A DNA stretch of 37,406 nt from Mycobacterium sp. GTDB lineage: Bacteria; Actinomycetota; Actinomycetes; Mycobacteriales; Mycobacteriaceae. The notes beneath the pieces were generated by a model, which saw nothing but the letters and a program-made list of their open reading frames with translations, made no database searches and had not been told where the DNA came from. Each line of letters opens with the position of its first letter. Position 1 is the first letter of the stretch. The stretch spans positions 1 through 37,406 of the forward strand of contig DASQCE010000066.1 in the NCBI GenBank assembly GCA_035634855.1, read 5' to 3'. Below are positions 9,315 through 17,267 of this stretch, piece by piece. Both the position numbers and the translations under genes were made by a program.

Positions 9315-10508
9315 ATGACATTCGACGAACAACCGATTGCCCACGATCTGGATGCCCGAGTTCGGGAGCTGCTCGCGGCACACGACCCCGAGAGAGCTGA
9401 TCCGCAGGAGTTTCTCGGGGCAAGGTTCGACGCGGGCCTTGCGTGGGTCCAGTTTCCGGAAGGCCATGGCGGTCTCGGTGTGCCGCAAAGCTTTCAGGAA
9501 CAGGTCAACGCCGCGTTAGCCGCCGCCGGAGCGCCAGCCCCCGAGGTGGACACGAACGGCATCGGCCACGGTATGGCCGCACCGACCATCGTTGCGGTCG
9601 GCACCGAGGAGCAGAAGCGAAAGTTCCTTCGGCCCTTGTATACCGGTGAGCACGTCTACTGCCAGTTGTTCAGCGAACCCGGCGCAGGATCGGATCTCGC
9701 GGCGCTCGCCACCCGCGCGGTGCGCGACGGCGACGACTGGATCGTCAACGGGCAGAAGGTGTGGACCTCGGGTGCCCACAACGCTCGGATGGCGATCCTG
9801 GTGGCGCGCACCGATCCGAACGTGCCGAAGCACGCTGGATTGACCTACTTCCTGTGCGACATGACCGACCCGGGTGTGGAAGTCCGGCCGCTGCGCCAGA
9901 TAACGGGCGAGGCCGAGTTCAACGAGGTATTCCTCACCGACGTCCGGGTGCCCGACGCGAACCGCCTCGGCGCCGAGGGCCAGGGCTGGCGAGTCGCCAC
10001 CACGACGCTCAACAACGAGCGCGTCGCCATCGGATCCGGGGCGCCACGCGAGGGCGGAATGATCGGCAAAGTCGCCTCGGCCTGGCGCGAGCAACCGGCA
10101 TTGCGCAGCCCGGCAGTACACGACGAACTGATGCGGGTGTGGGTCGAGTCCGAAGTTGCGCGGCTGACCGGTGAACGGCTGCGTCAGCAGCTGGCGGCGG
10201 GCCAACCGGGTCCCGAAGGTTCGGCGATGAAGCTGGCCTTTGCCCGTCTGGCACAGGCGATTTCCGGCTTTGAGATGGAATTGCACGGCGAGGCCGCCCT
10301 ACGTTACGACGACTGGACGCTGCGTCGGCCGGATAGGGTCGACTTCACCGGACGGGGACCCGGGTACCGCTACCTGCGGGCCAAGGGCAACTCGATCGAG
10401 GGTGGAACCTCGGAGATCCTACGCAATGTGATCGCCGAACGGGTGCTCGGCCTGCCACCCGAGCACCGCGTCGACAAGGACATTCCCTGGAAGGACTTGT
10501 CCCGATGA
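9315..10508 (+). CDS. Acyl-CoA dehydrogenase (first subunit of a probable heteromeric FadE pair)
   Basis: CQLFSEPGAGSDLA, NGQKVWTS, FNEVFLTDV, SIEGGTSEILRN; ATG 9315 after GAGGAG. Confidence 0.92.
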   Translation: MTFDEQPIAHDLDARVRELLAAHDPERADPQEFLGARFDAGLAWVQFPEGHGGLGVPQSFQEQVNAALAAAGAPAPEVDTNGIGHGMAAPTIVAVGTEEQKRKFLRPLYTGEHVYCQLFSEPGAGSDLAALATRAVRDGDDWIVNGQKVWTSGAHNARMAILVARTDPNVPKHAGLTYFLCDMTDPGVEVRPLRQITGEAEFNEVFLTDVRVPDANRLGAEGQGWRVATTTLNNERVAIGSGAPREGGMIGKVASAWREQPALRSPAVHDELMRVWVESEVARLTGERLRQQLAAGQPGPEGSAMKLAFARLAQAISGFEMELHGEAALRYDDWTLRRPDRVDFTGRGPGYRYLRAKGNSIEGGTSEILRNVIAERVLGLPPEHRVDKDIPWKDLSR

Positions 10509-11620
10509 CCGCGCCCAAGAGCACCGCGAACCTGCTCTATAGCGACACCGAGGACGCGCTGCGGGACAGCGTCCGACGGCTATTCGCCGAGCGGTGCGCG
10601 CCGGAAACCATCGCAACCGTGTACGACGACGCCCAGGCCGACTTCACGGATGTCTGGAAGACGCTCGCCACCGAACTTGGACTGGCTGGCCTGCTGGTGC
10701 CCGAGTCGCTGGGCGGGGCGGGAGCAGGCACCCGCGAAGCCGCGGTGGTCATGGAGGAGATCGGGCGCGCCGTCGCGCCGGTGCCGTTCCTGCCCAGTGC
10801 GGTGCTGGCCACGGTTGCCCTGCTGAAGGCTGGCGAGACCCAGACGCTGCGATCGCTGGCCGAGGGTTCGGCGACGGGTGCGCTGGCAATTCCGCTGTCG
10901 ACGCCGCCGGGCGCTTTCACCGCGACTGTGCGAGTTGGCGATTCGGGCCTGACCGGACGGGTCACCAGTGTCGCAGGCGCTAACCAGGCCGACGTGTTCG
11001 TCGTCCCGGCGGCGGGACCCGACGGCCTCGAACTGCACACCGTTTCGCGCGCAGCCCCGGCCCTGACGGTGACGCCGGTGCTGTCGCTGGACATGACCAG
11101 ACCGATTGCCGACGTTGAGTTTTCGGACGTCCCGTCGACCCGAGTCGACGACGGCGATGCGCAGGCCGCGATGGCCGAGGCACAGTTGTGCGGCGCGGTG
11201 CTGCTGGCCGCCGAGCAGTTGGGGGTGGCGCAGTGGTGCATCGAGACGACACTTGCCTACGTCAAGGACCGGAAGCAGTTCTGTCGTGCGGTCGGCTCCT
11301 TCCAAGCGCTCAAACATCGCTTGGCGGACCTCTGGCTGGAGGTCAGTTCAGCCGGCGCTGCCGCACGGTATGCCGCCGACACCTACGCGCGCGGCGACGC
11401 GGACACCCCGGTCGCCGCCGCGGTCGCCCAGGCGTATTGCAGCGGCGTCGCCGTGCACGCCGCGGACGAATGCATCCAGCTGCATGGCGGCATCGCCATG
11501 ACCTGGGAGTATCCCGCCCACTTGTATCTCAAGCGGGCCAAGAGCGACCAGCTCGCGCTCGGCGCGCCGCATCACCACCGCGCCTTGCTCGCCGAGCTCG
11601 TAGACCTGCCGGCGTCCTAG
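10505..11620 (+). CDS. Acyl-CoA dehydrogenase (shorter second subunit of the pair)
   Basis: RKQFCRAVGSFQALKHRLAD, IQLHGGIAMTWEYPAHLY; ATGA overlap. Confidence 0.9.
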   Translation: MTAPKSTANLLYSDTEDALRDSVRRLFAERCAPETIATVYDDAQADFTDVWKTLATELGLAGLLVPESLGGAGAGTREAAVVMEEIGRAVAPVPFLPSAVLATVALLKAGETQTLRSLAEGSATGALAIPLSTPPGAFTATVRVGDSGLTGRVTSVAGANQADVFVVPAAGPDGLELHTVSRAAPALTVTPVLSLDMTRPIADVEFSDVPSTRVDDGDAQAAMAEAQLCGAVLLAAEQLGVAQWCIETTLAYVKDRKQFCRAVGSFQALKHRLADLWLEVSSAGAAARYAADTYARGDADTPVAAAVAQAYCSGVAVHAADECIQLHGGIAMTWEYPAHLYLKRAKSDQLALGAPHHHRALLAELVDLPAS

Positions 11621-11670
11621 TCGGGGCCGAGCGCAACATAGCCACTCCACGACGGGATTGCCCATGAGTT

Positions 11671-11779
11671 GCCAACGTGAAGTTGGTGACGGGTCAGCGG
11701 CCGCTGCTCGACCGGTTCATGGCTGCCCTCGAAGGCGGCGAACCGGGCGGGTCTCGATAGCGTTGGTGGTCAGCGCGCG
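11671..11779 (+). repeat. Direct repeat copy 2 of the NUDIX-3'/SnoaL-3' junction (non-coding remnant)
   Basis: Plus strand reads ANVKLVTGQRPLLDRFMAALEGGEPGGSR* (NUDIX C-term); minus strand reads RALTTNAIETRPVRRLRGQP* (SnoaL C-term). Confidence 0.9.
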
Positions 11780-11833
11780 CGGCTCCGGCCTATAACACCG
11801 ACGGGCACGTGGACGACGCGATAACTTCGGACC

Positions 11834-13636
11834 GTGCAAACGGATGCGCTCGGATCTGATCTGCGCCGCATGCTCGGATCGGATGCAGTACTGACTGACA
11901 AGGCGACGCGCGTCTTGGCGGGGACGGATTTCATCACCCGGCGTGGCGTCCCGGCAGCTGTCGTTCGCCCGACCTCGAACGACCAGGTTGTGGCACTGCT
12001 CGGCTATGCGGCCGAGCACGGCTTAAGGGTCGTGCCTCGCGGCGCCGCGACAAACCTCTGCGCGGGCATTGCACCCGGTGACGATTCGCTGGTGCTTGAT
12101 ATTGCGAGCATGAATCGGATCGTGGAGATCGATGCACAGGCACGGTGTGCGGTCGTCGAGCCCGGTGTCATCAACGCGGACCTCAAGGCCGCAGTCGCAC
12201 CACTAGGTCTGGTGTATGCGCCAGACCCGGCGTCCACTCCGATCTCGACGATCGGCGGCAATATAGCGGAGAACGCCGGTGGGCCTGGGTGCATCAAGCA
12301 CGGCGTCACATTCCACCACGTGCTCGCGGTCGATGTCGCGCTCGCCGACGGCCGTCTGGTCACCTTCAGTGACAGTGACGAGGTCGACCTACTCGGAGTG
12401 ACGATCGGATCCGAGGGCATCCTCGGGGTGGTGACGCGTGCCGTGCTCAACTTGATGCCGATCCCGGCTGCGCGCTGGACGGCGCTGGCGTCGTTCGACT
12501 GCGTCGAGGACGCTGCACTGACCGTCTCCGAGATCATTGCCGCGGGGATCCTGCCGGCCGCGCTGGAGATCTGCGACAAGAGGTTGGTACAAGTCATGGA
12601 GGCGCACCTTCCCTCTGGCTATCCGACGGACAAGGCTGCGATTCTGATCGTTGAGCTCGACGGTGAGCGCGATGACGTGGCCCAGCACAGGCCTGCGCTC
12701 GAGAAGATTTTACGGCGCTGGGACCACGCGCTGCGCACGGCGGCGGACGAGCAAGAGCGCGCCGCGCTGTGGGCCGGCCGCCTCGCTGCGGGATTTGCCA
12801 TACGCGCCACGGGTAGGGCGTTCTACGTCTGCGACGCCACGGTGCCCCGGCAGCGGGTGCCCGAGATGATGGCGCGCAGCCGGCAGATTGCCGTGAGCCA
12901 CGGACTAGACATGCTGACAGCGGGGCATGCCGGCGACGGCAACCTGCACCCGACCGTCCTCTACGAACCCGACCAGCTCGCCACCGTCGACGCTTTCGCA
13001 GAAGAGGTCGCCGACGCGGCGCTTGACCTCGGTGGCACGCTGGCGGGCGAGCACGGCATCGGCACCGCGAAGCGGGCCCAGATGCGGCGGGTATTCGGCC
13101 CCGTCGAGCTGGCCGCGTTCCGCGCGATCAAGCGCGCCTTCGACCCAGACGGGCTGCTGAACCCCGGTGTCATGTTGCCTCCGCCGGAATCCGACGAGCC
13201 AGACCTGACAGACTTCGGCGAAGCGCTGACGACCGCACTCGCCGGCCGGCCAACGGCTCTCCCGCCACTAGCGGCTCATAACCCACACGACACGGAAGTC
13301 GACGTCGACGCCGAGAACATGAGCCTCACCGCCGGCGGCGCCGCGTTATGCCGCGACGTCGCCGCTGCGGCCCGCGCGGCGGGACTCTCATGCTCCACGA
13401 TGGAGAGGGACGGTGTGGTGACGGATGCCATTGAGAGCGCCGGACATCGCCAGCCCGCGCGCAGAGCCCTTCTGGGCCTTGAAGTCACGCTGCCCCGGGG
13501 ACACCGCGCGAGATTCGGGAGCGCGGCGATGAAGGACGTCGCGGGACTCGATGCCAAGCGACTCATTGCCGGTGGCCGTGGTGCCTTCGGCCGAGTGGAA
13601 CGCGTGACCCTAAGAACGGTACCCCACCACGCCTGA
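11834..13636 (+). CDS. FAD-linked oxidase (GlcD/D-lactate dehydrogenase family) with C-terminal GlcE-like extension
   Basis: VVPRGAATNL, PDPAS..STIGGNIAENAGG, GSEGILG, GHAGDGNLH, GEHGIG, FDPDGLLNPG; TAACTT -10 six nt before GTG suggests a leaderless mRNA. Confidence 0.88.
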   Translation: MQTDALGSDLRRMLGSDAVLTDKATRVLAGTDFITRRGVPAAVVRPTSNDQVVALLGYAAEHGLRVVPRGAATNLCAGIAPGDDSLVLDIASMNRIVEIDAQARCAVVEPGVINADLKAAVAPLGLVYAPDPASTPISTIGGNIAENAGGPGCIKHGVTFHHVLAVDVALADGRLVTFSDSDEVDLLGVTIGSEGILGVVTRAVLNLMPIPAARWTALASFDCVEDAALTVSEIIAAGILPAALEICDKRLVQVMEAHLPSGYPTDKAAILIVELDGERDDVAQHRPALEKILRRWDHALRTAADEQERAALWAGRLAAGFAIRATGRAFYVCDATVPRQRVPEMMARSRQIAVSHGLDMLTAGHAGDGNLHPTVLYEPDQLATVDAFAEEVADAALDLGGTLAGEHGIGTAKRAQMRRVFGPVELAAFRAIKRAFDPDGLLNPGVMLPPPESDEPDLTDFGEALTTALAGRPTALPPLAAHNPHDTEVDVDAENMSLTAGGAALCRDVAAAARAAGLSCSTMERDGVVTDAIESAGHRQPARRALLGLEVTLPRGHRARFGSAAMKDVAGLDAKRLIAGGRGAFGRVERVTLRTVPHHA

Positions 13637-13698
13637 TCGCTGCTGCACGGCCCACGGCGCGCTGCACGCAGGCTGCGGGGGTTAGTCGACGCGTCCCA

Positions 13699-13859
13699 AA
13701 TGTCAGCGAGTATCTCGAAATCGATTGTATGGGTTGGTTTTCCGTGGGAGGAGGCCAGCTTGAAACTACTGAAGGGTCAGCGGCTGCTCGACCGACTCAC
13801 GGCTGCCCTCGAACGCGGCGAACCGGGCGGGTCTCGATAGCGTTGATGGTCAGCGCGCG
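13699..13859 (+). repeat. Direct repeat copy 3: degenerate NUDIX 3' end overlapping the SnoaL gene end
   Basis: Reads NVSEYLEIDCMGWFSVG/(+1 frameshift)EASLKLLKGQR-LLDRLTAALERGEPGGSR*, colinear with NUDIX 1730-1865. Confidence 0.9.
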
Positions 13860-14238
13860 GCCGTGAATCCGCCACCCGGCCCGCGTGCGCAGGTACTCGT
13901 CGTCGTAACGCAGATGCCACACCACATCGCTTATTTGTCCATCAGTGACCGACCAGTGGTGGGCGATGCACGTGATGCGGCCCAACGCATAGTCGGCATC
14001 GTCCCCCGGGGCATAGACCTCACCGACGATCGCGTGCTCAGTTCGAGTCACGGCGGCCACCGCGGACATCGCCTCCCGCACGCCGCCGCGGCCGTGATGA
14101 CGGCGCACCGGTTCCAGCGACCGGGGCTGTCTCGGAGAATAACTCGACCACATCGCCGAATCGCCTGTCGTCGACGGCCGACGCATACAGGTGCACAAGG
14201 TCGGCCAGCGCGAGTCGATCGAAGGCGTTAAGGCTCAT
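13797..14238 (-). pseudogene. SnoaL/NTF2-like protein, frameshifted near 14125
   Basis: N-term [30 protein letters not shown] and C-term PRSLEPVRR..YDDEYLRTRAGWRIHGRAL lie in different frames; ATG overlaps the LLM gene stop. Confidence 0.8.
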
Positions 14239-15110
14239 GGGGTCAGCGCCAGTCTTGCGGCGCACGCCGACAGCAGGTCACACACCTCGTGGAGGTCGGC
14301 CGTGGGCGGCAGCGCCAGCACGACTCTGTCGGCGCCCATCGCCGCCAACTTCTCCGCGCGCCCTAAATCGACCTTGGCCACCAGATGCCCGAGCGATAGT
14401 TCCAGCGCATCGGGATCGCGCCCGAATCGGGTTGCCTCGGCGCGCATTAGCGCAACGAGGTCCGCCAGCTCGGAGCCGACAAGGCCGAGCGGCTGAAAGC
14501 CGTCGCCCAGCCGGCCAGCACGGCGGGCAGCCGCGCGGCTGTGCCCGCCGATGTGGATGGGCACCCACCGGGTTGGCTTGGGATAGCAAGCGGCGTGGTC
14601 GAATTCGAAAAACTCGCCGGAGAAACTTGCGCCGTCCGGCCGGTCCTCCCACAGCAGCCGCATCACCTCGAGCTGTTCGTCGGCGCGGCGCCCGCGACTG
14701 GAGAAGGCCGCACCGCACGCCTCGATCTCCTCCTTGAGCCAACCCATTCCCACGCAGAGCCGGATCCGGCCTCCCGACAAGGCATCCAACGTGGCCACCC
14801 GTTTGGCCAGCACCACCGGATGGTGGTTGGGCAGTACCAGCACACCGGTGGCCAATCCGAGCCCATCGGTCTGCGATGCCAGAAACGCCAGCAGGTCAAG
14901 GGGATCGGGCACCGGGCAGTCAGCTGGCAGCTCCACCCGCCCGGATGCGTCGTACGGGTACACACTGCTGTACTCGGTCATCAGCACCGTATGTTCGACG
15001 GCGACGATCGACTCGAATCCACATGCTTCGACGTGTCGGGCGAAGGCGGACATCCACTCGGGATCGCCGGTGACCCCGGCAGCGACGGGCGCTATGACGG
15101 CGAACTTCAC
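14235..15110 (-). CDS. LLM class F420-dependent oxidoreductase
   Basis: [57 protein letters not shown]. Confidence 0.9.
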   Translation of the reverse strand: MKFAVIAPVAAGVTGDPEWMSAFARHVEACGFESIVAVEHTVLMTEYSSVYPYDASGRVELPADCPVPDPLDLLAFLASQTDGLGLATGVLVLPNHHPVVLAKRVATLDALSGGRIRLCVGMGWLKEEIEACGAAFSSRGRRADEQLEVMRLLWEDRPDGASFSGEFFEFDHAACYPKPTRWVPIHIGGHSRAAARRAGRLGDGFQPLGLVGSELADLVALMRAEATRFGRDPDALELSLGHLVAKVDLGRAEKLAAMGADRVVLALPPTADLHEVCDLLSACAARLALTP

Positions 15111-16513
15111 GGCAGCCCACGGTTACTGCGCCGAATGTCTTCGCGACATCGCAGCCACGTCTGGCCGGTTTGTTGCATGCAGACCCGCACCGGCGACTCT
15201 TCCTCGATCGGCACCGGCGCCTCGGTCGGCTCGGTCGTGACCGTCGGGCTTGGCACATCTCCTTGGCTCAGCGACCAGATCGATGCACCCGTCGTCTGCA
15301 GCGTCGAGCAGTACGCAGTGGTCCCGTCGGCCGTCGTGGCCGTGCTGCCCACCGGAGAACAGTTGGCGCCGATCACCGCGACGGGCGTGGCTGCGGCGGT
15401 GGTAGGGGGTGGAGACGGCGCGATGGCCGGCTGCACCGGCTCCGGCGGCGGAGGCAGCGGCGTGAACGTCGGGCTGGTGGCCGTCGGCGCCTTCGCTGTT
15501 GTGGTGGGCGCCTCAGGTCGGTCGGCCCGCCGAAACTCCATGACCGCCACCGTGATTGCAGTGACCAGCAGCACGGCCAAGATCGTGGGCACGACGACGC
15601 CGGCCCGCAGCAGCGAGCGTTTCGGCGGAGGCGCGGCGGGGGCGAGGGTGGTGCCGACGTCACCGGTCGGCGCCGCGTCGAGCCGGTGAGCGAAGGCGCG
15701 GGCGAAGTCGGCACACCGCTCGAAACGATCCTTGGGATCCTTGGACATCGCCTTGGCCAACACCGGGTCGACCGCGGACAGCTCGGGGCGGTGCGCGCCG
15801 ATCGCGGGCGGAGACGCGGACAGGTGCTGGCTGATGACGACCGCCGGATTGGAATGCTGAAACGGTGGGGAACCGGTCAAGAGGTGAAAGGCGGTGGCCG
15901 CCAACGCGTATTGATCCGCTCGCCCATCGAGATGTGCGCCCATCAGCTGCTCGGGCGCCGCGTACGACACGGTGCCGACCGTCATATTTGTTTCGGTCAA
16001 TCCGCTGATGTCGTTCACCCAGCGCGCGATACCGAAGTCCGCCAAGAGAATTCGCTGATCGCCCGATCCCGGGTGGGACAACAGGATGTTGGCAGGCTTG
16101 ACGTCGCGGTGCAGCAGGTCGCGTTCGTGGGCGTAGTCCAACGCCTCTGCGGTGGCGATCACGATCTCGGCGACCTCGGCCGTGGGCATCCCCTTCGGAA
16201 AGCGCTCCCGCAGCAGCCGCGCCGCGTCGGTGCCGTCGACATAGTCCATCGAGAGCCAGAGCTGGCCCTCGAAGTCGCCGCGATCATGCACACCGACGAT
16301 GTGTGGATGCCACAGCGTGGCCGCGATGTCGGCCTCGCGGTTGAACCGCTGGCGATACTCGTTGTCCGCCGACACCGACGCGGGCAGTACCTTTAGCGCA
16401 TCGCGCCGCGGCAGCCGCGGATGCTGGGCCAGATAGACCTCACCCATGCCGCCGGAGCCGAGCATCCGGACGATGGTGTACCCGGCGAACGTCGCACCAT
16501 CGGCCAACGGCAT
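15107..16513 (-). CDS. pknF: Transmembrane Ser/Thr protein kinase, PknF-like
   Basis: [29 protein letters not shown], one TM helix, Pro/Thr linker; C-term [23 protein letters not shown] matches my recollection of M. tuberculosis PknF; TACTAT -10 six nt before ATG. Confidence 0.88.
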   Translation of the reverse strand: MPLADGATFAGYTIVRMLGSGGMGEVYLAQHPRLPRRDALKVLPASVSADNEYRQRFNREADIAATLWHPHIVGVHDRGDFEGQLWLSMDYVDGTDAARLLRERFPKGMPTAEVAEIVIATAEALDYAHERDLLHRDVKPANILLSHPGSGDQRILLADFGIARWVNDISGLTETNMTVGTVSYAAPEQLMGAHLDGRADQYALAATAFHLLTGSPPFQHSNPAVVISQHLSASPPAIGAHRPELSAVDPVLAKAMSKDPKDRFERCADFARAFAHRLDAAPTGDVGTTLAPAAPPPKRSLLRAGVVVPTILAVLLVTAITVAVMEFRRADRPEAPTTTAKAPTATSPTFTPLPPPPEPVQPAIAPSPPPTTAAATPVAVIGANCSPVGSTATTADGTTAYCSTLQTTGASIWSLSQGDVPSPTVTTEPTEAPVPIEEESPVRVCMQQTGQTWLRCREDIRRSNRGLP

Positions 16514-16534
16514 GGGCGAATAGTACAGACGCGG

Positions 16535-16624
16535 CTATAGATCGAGCGTGAGATGGGAGCCGTCCGCCGCACGGGAGACGCAGATCAGCATCATGCCGCT
16601 ATCGCGTTCGGGATCGGTGAGCAA
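16535..16624 (-). pseudogene. 3' remnant of a PDR/VanB family (2Fe-2S ferredoxin-reductase) oxidoreductase
   Basis: Reads LLTDPERDSGMMLICVSRAADGSHLTLDL*, the typical C-terminus including the last 2Fe-2S Cys. Confidence 0.78.
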
Positions 16625-16776
16625 GGGCGACGGCCACACCAAGGTCATCTTCCGCCGGGCGTACGAATCGGCAGGCAACCTGCTCGGCCTGATCGCCGAT
16701 CGGGTTGCCGCGCGTCAGGTCGGCCGCAACATGACCGAGACGCTGAAAGAACCTGAAACGGATGGTCGAGCCCTAG
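16625..16776 (+). pseudogene. 3' remnant of an SRPBCC (polyketide cyclase-like) gene
   Basis: GDGHTKVIFRRAYESAGNLLGLIADRVAARQVGRNMTETL, then after one extra A, KNLKRMVEP*; stop overlaps the convergent gene stop (CTAG 16773-16776). Confidence 0.65.
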
Positions 16777-17189
16777 CCAGGAGCCGGGGCACCCGCGCCG
16801 GGCGCGCCCTGAATCGGCACCACCGGGGTCGGGGTGACCGTGGTGATGCCGTTGGAGCCGACGGTGGGACCCCCGGAGGGGCCCATATCCGCGATCATGT
16901 CCGCGGCCTTCTGGCTGCAGTCCAGCATCAGCAGCATCCGGCCACCCGAGGTGATCTTCTGCTGATCGACCAGGCACTGTGCCTGCGGCAGGACGCTGCC
17001 GAACGAGCCGCCGAAGTAGGCCTTCACGCCCTCGCTCTTCAGAATCTGTAGCGCCTTGTTGTACTGCTCGCCGACCACGTTGTACGAGCTCATGTCCGGT
17101 CCAGGCTGCGAAAGGGCCACACCAGCGCCGACCAGAGCGGCCGAGCCGGCGACGACGAGGCCACCGCTGAGCACAACGATCTTCTTCAC
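16773..17189 (-). CDS. Secreted hypothetical protein (signal peptide, two Cys, PASTA-like segment, Pro/Gly tail)
   Basis: GTG 17189 after GGAG; MKKIVVLSGGLVVAGSAALVGAGVALSQ signal peptide; NVVGEQYNKALQILKSEG. Confidence 0.75.
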   Translation of the reverse strand: MKKIVVLSGGLVVAGSAALVGAGVALSQPGPDMSSYNVVGEQYNKALQILKSEGVKAYFGGSFGSVLPQAQCLVDQQKITSGGRMLLMLDCSQKAADMIADMGPSGGPTVGSNGITTVTPTPVVPIQGAPGAGAPAPG

Positions 17190-17267
17190 GTGATCACTCC
17201 TAAGTCGGTGCGGTGCGAACATATCGCAGCGGTGACAAATGTGAAACCGGAGACACGGGGCGAAGCG

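Noticed and set aside
11717-12019. 100-aa minus-strand ORF ending like the SnoaL protein
   Set aside because: Only the last ~20 codons are the duplicated junction; the rest is antisense to the FAD oxidase
16548-17051. 167-aa plus-strand ORF
   Set aside because: Chimera of the antisense PDR tail, the SRPBCC tail and frameshifted read-through
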